From positions 4,925 through 68,924 of the forward strand of contig JBGGMJ010000022.1 in the NCBI GenBank assembly GCA_041288095.1: DNA of 64,000 nucleotides. Reading direction: 5' to 3'. The stretch comes from Myxococcota bacterium. GTDB lineage: Bacteria > Myxococcota > XYA12-FULL-58-9 > JALHOP01. Numbering within the stretch: the first letter of the stretch is position 1; each line of letters opens with the position of its first letter. The translations under genes were made by a program, and so were the position numbers. Below, piece by piece: positions 60,060 to 64,000 of the stretch. Below the pieces are notes generated by a model. It was not told the DNA's origin and did not search any database. It saw only the letters and a list, made by a program, of their open reading frames with translations.

Positions 60060-60907
60060 CGCGTCCCGCTTTCCACCACCGGCTCGTCGAGCATGGTCAG
60101 GAAGTGCCGCGCGGCAACACGGCGGCCGGCGTCCGAGAGAAGAAGGGCGAGGAGGGCGTGGCCTTGCTCCTGGTGCCGGGCGCCGCGGGGTACGGTGGCG
60201 GCATAGAAGGTCGTCGTGCTGCCGTCGATGCGGGGGTCGAGCGCGGCATAGGCCAAACCGTACTGTTTCGCTTCGCTTTCGTACACGAAGGCGGCGTCGA
60301 CGTCCCGGGTCTCGAGTGGCGCGATGAGCTTGGCGACATCGGGTCGCATGAAGCGCTTCTGCAAGCGCGCCGCTACGGTCGCGCCGACCCGTAGGCTCTC
60401 GTCGGTGACGAGCGCGTCGTTGTCGCGCAGAGCCGCGAGCGTACGAGCGCCGACCGGTGCTTGTCCGGGGTCGGCGAAGCCGATGCGTAGGTCGGGTGTG
60501 GCGACGACATGCTGCCATGGTTCGTCCGCGAGGCGCTTGCCGACGTTGCTGTCGCGCGGCGCGGCGACGACCAGCCGGTTGCCGGCGAAACGCGTCAGCC
60601 GCTCGGTTGCGCCCGGCATCATGAGCTCGCGCATCAGGTCCGCATCCGCGGACACGACGAGGTCGGCGGCGCGCCCTTCGACGGTCACCTTACCGCAGGC
60701 TGTCCGCGAGCTCGAAAGCTCGACCTCGAGGTGAAAACCCGGCTGTTGCGACGCGAAGAGCGGCGCCAGGCCTTCGAGCGTCGGGCCCATGGAAGCGGCG
60801 GCGAACACCGACACCGCCTCTGACCCGCCGCGACAACCGCAGAGAAGCACGAGCAATAACAAGACTGCGCGGCGCTGTGCGCTGTGAGGTCGATACCGCG
60901 GCCACAT
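60056..60907 (-). CDS. modA: Molybdate ABC transporter substrate-binding lipoprotein
   Basis: VSVFAAASM...DLVVSADADLM, ModA-like. Lipobox LLCGC. Start among the Met codons at 60964/60922/60907. Confidence 0.75.
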   Translation of the reverse strand: MWPRYRPHSAQRRAVLLLLVLLCGCRGGSEAVSVFAAASMGPTLEGLAPLFASQQPGFHLEVELSSSRTACGKVTVEGRAADLVVSADADLMRELMMPGATERLTRFAGNRLVVAAPRDSNVGKRLADEPWQHVVATPDLRIGFADPGQAPVGARTLAALRDNDALVTDESLRVGATVAARLQKRFMRPDVAKLIAPLETRDVDAAFVYESEAKQYGLAYAALDPRIDGSTTTFYAATVPRGARHQEQGHALLALLLSDAGRRVAARHFLTMLDEPVVESGTR

Positions 60908-60954
60908 GGTACCCGGCACCATCGTGAAGATCGCCGAAGCGATCAAGCCCGTCA

Positions 60955-63900
60955 CTACGGACAAACCCCGAGCACGTCCGCTCCAGCGTCCGCCCCATCG
61001 AGTATCCGCGTCGCGCCGTCGATGTCGCGGATGTCAGCGATGCCAAGCTCGGCGGCCGTGATGTGGGTGACGCGTCCGGCTTGCGGTCCCAGCGGATCAC
61101 CATGGATTGCGTCCGAACAAAACAGTGGCGGCTCCGGATAGTTGCCTTCGGCCGTCCCGGGAAACAATGCGTTGATGCCGCTCTCGTCGAGCGAGTCGTA
61201 GCTCTGCGGCGGTAGCACGTCGTCGTTCGACGGGTCTTCGAAGCGCACCATGAGCGCCGAGAGGCTGCTCGGATTCTCGACGCCGTACACGTTATCCACC
61301 AAAGCGGTCACACCGAGCTCGGCGCCGGTGTTGGCATGCTCGACCACCAAAGGTGCCGCCCTGACGTCGCCGCCCCCGAAGCTTTGGTCGAAGACACCGA
61401 AGCCGTTCGCGAGCAGCAACAGCGGGTCGGCGTGGGCGACGTGCATCAAGTAGAAGCCGGTCGCGAAGGCTTGGTCGCAGCTCGACGCCGTACAACTCGC
61501 GACCCGCACGTTGTTGAAGGCGATGGTGGCGGCGGTGGTGAAGGCGAGGACACCGACGTTGGCGGCGCTCTGCTTCAAGTTGATGACGTTGTCGTCGATG
61601 ACGGTGACCTTGTCGGCGGCTTGCGCGGTCGCGGTGTACTTGCCCGAGAGGCGCACGCCGACCGCCAGCGTGCTGGGTGCATCCACCGTCACGATGTTGC
61701 GCGCGACTCGGAGGCCGAGGGAGCCGAACGTGGAGGCCCGCCGCGAACCGTCCTGGACGCCGATGAGTCGCACCGCCGAGCTCGGCGTTGCGTCTTCGAC
61801 CCGAACCACGGAGTCGGCGAGGGTGACGTCACGCGTGAGCAGGGTGACGACGCCGGCCATGGTGGGGACGGGCTCGTTTTCGCTGGTGCCTAGCTGGCAA
61901 GCGACCGTGGTGCTGCTGATCTGAGCGGTGTCGGTACCGAACAAACCGATACAGGCGCGCAGTGGCACCTCTCCGACGTTGTTCACGGAGAGCACACCGG
62001 AGTAGCTGGCGTTGCTCACGCTGAGTAGCGTCGATCCGTAGCTGCCGCCTCCAGGAGCAGTCGCGATGTCATCGTTCGCGAGGTTCATCTGCCCGTCGAT
62101 CAACGCCCCGGCGATCCACGCGGCGGCGAGATCGGCCATGCTCACCGAGCCGCCCGTGATGGCGACGCCCGTGGTGCGCATGAGACGCACACCCGCGATG
62201 CGGGCGACGGTCCAGCCGTTCACCGGCCGGACACCGGGCGCGGGCACGACGGTCACCATCACGTTGGTGACCTCGGCACGACGCGAGTCGCGCAGGACGA
62301 CGCCCGCCGCTTCGCCCACGAAGTGGGTACCCACCCTGACCGCGATGACGGCGTTGGCGAGCGATGCTCGGTACGAGCCGAGGCCGACGAGCGCGTTGGT
62401 GACGTCTGGCTGAGGTGTCTCGTAGCCGTCGCTCCAACCGGCGGCGAACGAGGCCGGCGCACCAGCGTTCGCGGACACCGTGACGTCGATGTTCAAGCCG
62501 TCGCAGCTCATGCCCGCGACGTCGTTGACCGAGTTGCCGAGGTCCATGGTGAGCAGCCCGTAGGCCTGGCGGGCCGAAACAGTGAGCGTCGAGCGTTGGC
62601 TCACGCTGGGAGCGAGGAAAGCCACATGACCCGTCCCAAGCGCCGCGACGCCGACGGCGAGGCGCGCTTTGGAGACGTTGATGGTGGTGCCGACGAGGGT
62701 CAGGCTCCCCGACGAGCCGCAGGTGGTGCCCGCCTCCGGTATGCAGCCGCCGAGGTCGAGGGTGCTGGCGTTGCCATCGGTGATCCCGAACGCAAGAGAG
62801 TCGGGGGCGCGTGCAAGGTCTGCGGTCTCGGCGTCGCTCCTCGCAATGATGGTCGAGCCCTGGATGCGGACGTCACCGGCGCGCAAGAGGCGGACACCCG
62901 TCACCGCGTGCGCACCTTCATTGATGGTCGTCCCCGACAGCACCGCGTTCATGCCGTTGAGCAGCGTCACGCCCACCGAAGCAAAGCCGGTGAGGGCGCC
63001 GCGGATGGATACGGCGTTGGTCGTAAGCAGCGGCCTGACATTGCCGTCGCCGCCGTTCGCGCGGACGCTATAGTAGACAGCACCGGCCGCCCCGGTGTTC
63101 ACGGCGGAGCCAGTGCTCGGGCTGACGCCCAGATCCACGTTGGTGAGCGTGAGATTCGTCGCTGTCGCATCCACGAGCACGCATTCGCCGAGGCAGGGCA
63201 CGACGCGGTAGACCGCGAGGTTTGCGAGCGTGACGGTGTCGCTCGGCGATGGCGCGGCGACCGCCACGCGTGGGTCGCTCCCCTGGCCGAGGGGCGCCGC
63301 CAAGGCGATCTCGCTACGCGCGGCCGGGGCTGGCGTCCCCCAGCTGATGGAGCCACGGGTATAGCCGCCGCGCACGGTGATGCTGCGGTCGATGAGCAGA
63401 TCGCCGTCGAGCTGCTGCACGCCGACGGTCGCGAGACTCGCCTCGGCGAGCTGATAGTCCGCCGCCGCGAGCAAGGCGGCGCGCAGGTTGCAGAAGGGTA
63501 GCTCGGGCGTGCCTTGCGCGGCGTCGCTCGCCGCATCGTAGGTCGCTGCGCAGGGGGGCGCCGTGGAGACGTAGGCGCCGACGTCGCGGATGACGAGCCG
63601 CGCCGACGCCGAGCCCTCGCCGGTTCCGTCACTCACGGTGAGCGTGACCCCGCATTCGCCGCCGGCCGTGAGGTTGGATAGACGCAATTCGACCGCGTCG
63701 GTCGCGCCGACGACGCTGCCGGCACAGTCCGCTCCGACGGACCACGCATAGGTAAGCGGATCGAGATCCGCATCGACGGAGTCGGCCGCGCTGATGAGGA
63801 CGGTGGTGCGCGCGCCGACACGCAGGTTGCCTTCACCATCGACACCGCGGATACGCGCGATTGGCGCCTCATTCGCGAGGCAAGCGTCGTCCTCGCAGGT

Positions 63901-63963
63901 ATCACCCGCCTGAAAGCTGCAAGCAGTGGCCACCGCGCAAGCCACTGCGATCAGGCAACGCAT
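60955..63963 (-). CDS. Very large lipoprotein, Ala/Gly/Thr/Val-rich, right-handed beta-helix-like repeats (hypothetical)
   Basis: Signal with lipobox (AVATAC). ~1000 aa of short degenerate repeats (…TLTNVDLG…, …NAVLSGTTIN…, …VTNVMVTV…) as in pectate-lyase-fold beta-helices. Paired Cys near both ends. Confidence 0.7.
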   Translation of the reverse strand: MRCLIAVACAVATACSFQAGDTCEDDACLANEAPIARIRGVDGEGNLRVGARTTVLISAADSVDADLDPLTYAWSVGADCAGSVVGATDAVELRLSNLTAGGECGVTLTVSDGTGEGSASARLVIRDVGAYVSTAPPCAATYDAASDAAQGTPELPFCNLRAALLAAADYQLAEASLATVGVQQLDGDLLIDRSITVRGGYTRGSISWGTPAPAARSEIALAAPLGQGSDPRVAVAAPSPSDTVTLANLAVYRVVPCLGECVLVDATATNLTLTNVDLGVSPSTGSAVNTGAAGAVYYSVRANGGDGNVRPLLTTNAVSIRGALTGFASVGVTLLNGMNAVLSGTTINEGAHAVTGVRLLRAGDVRIQGSTIIARSDAETADLARAPDSLAFGITDGNASTLDLGGCIPEAGTTCGSSGSLTLVGTTINVSKARLAVGVAALGTGHVAFLAPSVSQRSTLTVSARQAYGLLTMDLGNSVNDVAGMSCDGLNIDVTVSANAGAPASFAAGWSDGYETPQPDVTNALVGLGSYRASLANAVIAVRVGTHFVGEAAGVVLRDSRRAEVTNVMVTVVPAPGVRPVNGWTVARIAGVRLMRTTGVAITGGSVSMADLAAAWIAGALIDGQMNLANDDIATAPGGGSYGSTLLSVSNASYSGVLSVNNVGEVPLRACIGLFGTDTAQISSTTVACQLGTSENEPVPTMAGVVTLLTRDVTLADSVVRVEDATPSSAVRLIGVQDGSRRASTFGSLGLRVARNIVTVDAPSTLAVGVRLSGKYTATAQAADKVTVIDDNVINLKQSAANVGVLAFTTAATIAFNNVRVASCTASSCDQAFATGFYLMHVAHADPLLLLANGFGVFDQSFGGGDVRAAPLVVEHANTGAELGVTALVDNVYGVENPSSLSALMVRFEDPSNDDVLPPQSYDSLDESGINALFPGTAEGNYPEPPLFCSDAIHGDPLGPQAGRVTHITAAELGIADIRDIDGATRILDGADAGADVLGVCP

Positions 63964-64000
63964 GATCCGCACTCATGAAACGGTGCCCGACCAGGGGCGC

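Overview
High-GC (about 70%) chromosomal segment, not a mobile island. Gene content suggests a myxobacterium (Myxococcota): three eukaryotic-like Ser/Thr kinases, one with a downstream FHA protein and one with a PEGA domain, a bacterial mevalonate pathway operon, a serpin, and two PilZ-domain genes. Gene density is high, and many genes are translationally coupled by ATGA/GTGA start-stop overlaps. I found no rRNA, tRNA, CRISPR array, transposase, integrase or phage genes. The many long Arg/Ala-rich ORFs opposite real genes are shadow ORFs caused by GC3 bias. Functional calls, left to right: Ser/Thr kinase with tandem cNMP-binding domains followed by an FHA/TPR membrane protein; an ECF sigma, putative anti-sigma, processive GT2 glycosyltransferase (QxxRW) and large membrane protein operon; a minus-strand mevalonate operon mvd-pmk-(hmgR::mvk fusion)-idi; a PEGA-domain Ser/Thr kinase; HU; MoeA; an 802-aa internally repetitive lipoprotein coupled to def; dipeptide-epimerase-like enolase and amidase; a PAS hybrid histidine kinase; a clear MutH homologue; hydrolase, secreted and lipoprotein genes; a PilZ protein; aminopeptidase N; a SAM methyltransferase; a heterodimeric ABC exporter pair; a large unknown protein; a MoaD-MoaE fusion; a Ser/Thr kinase-REC-PilZ protein; two paralogous glycine-zipper membrane proteins next to a transglutaminase-like lipoprotein; HemW; two transporters; a GH13 alpha-glucosidase; citrate synthase; a serpin; modABC; and a 1000-aa beta-helix-like lipoprotein. 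Start coordinates were refined by homology and codon arithmetic. The ORF track shows M for TTG/GTG starts, so several N-termini stay uncertain by up to a few tens of codons.
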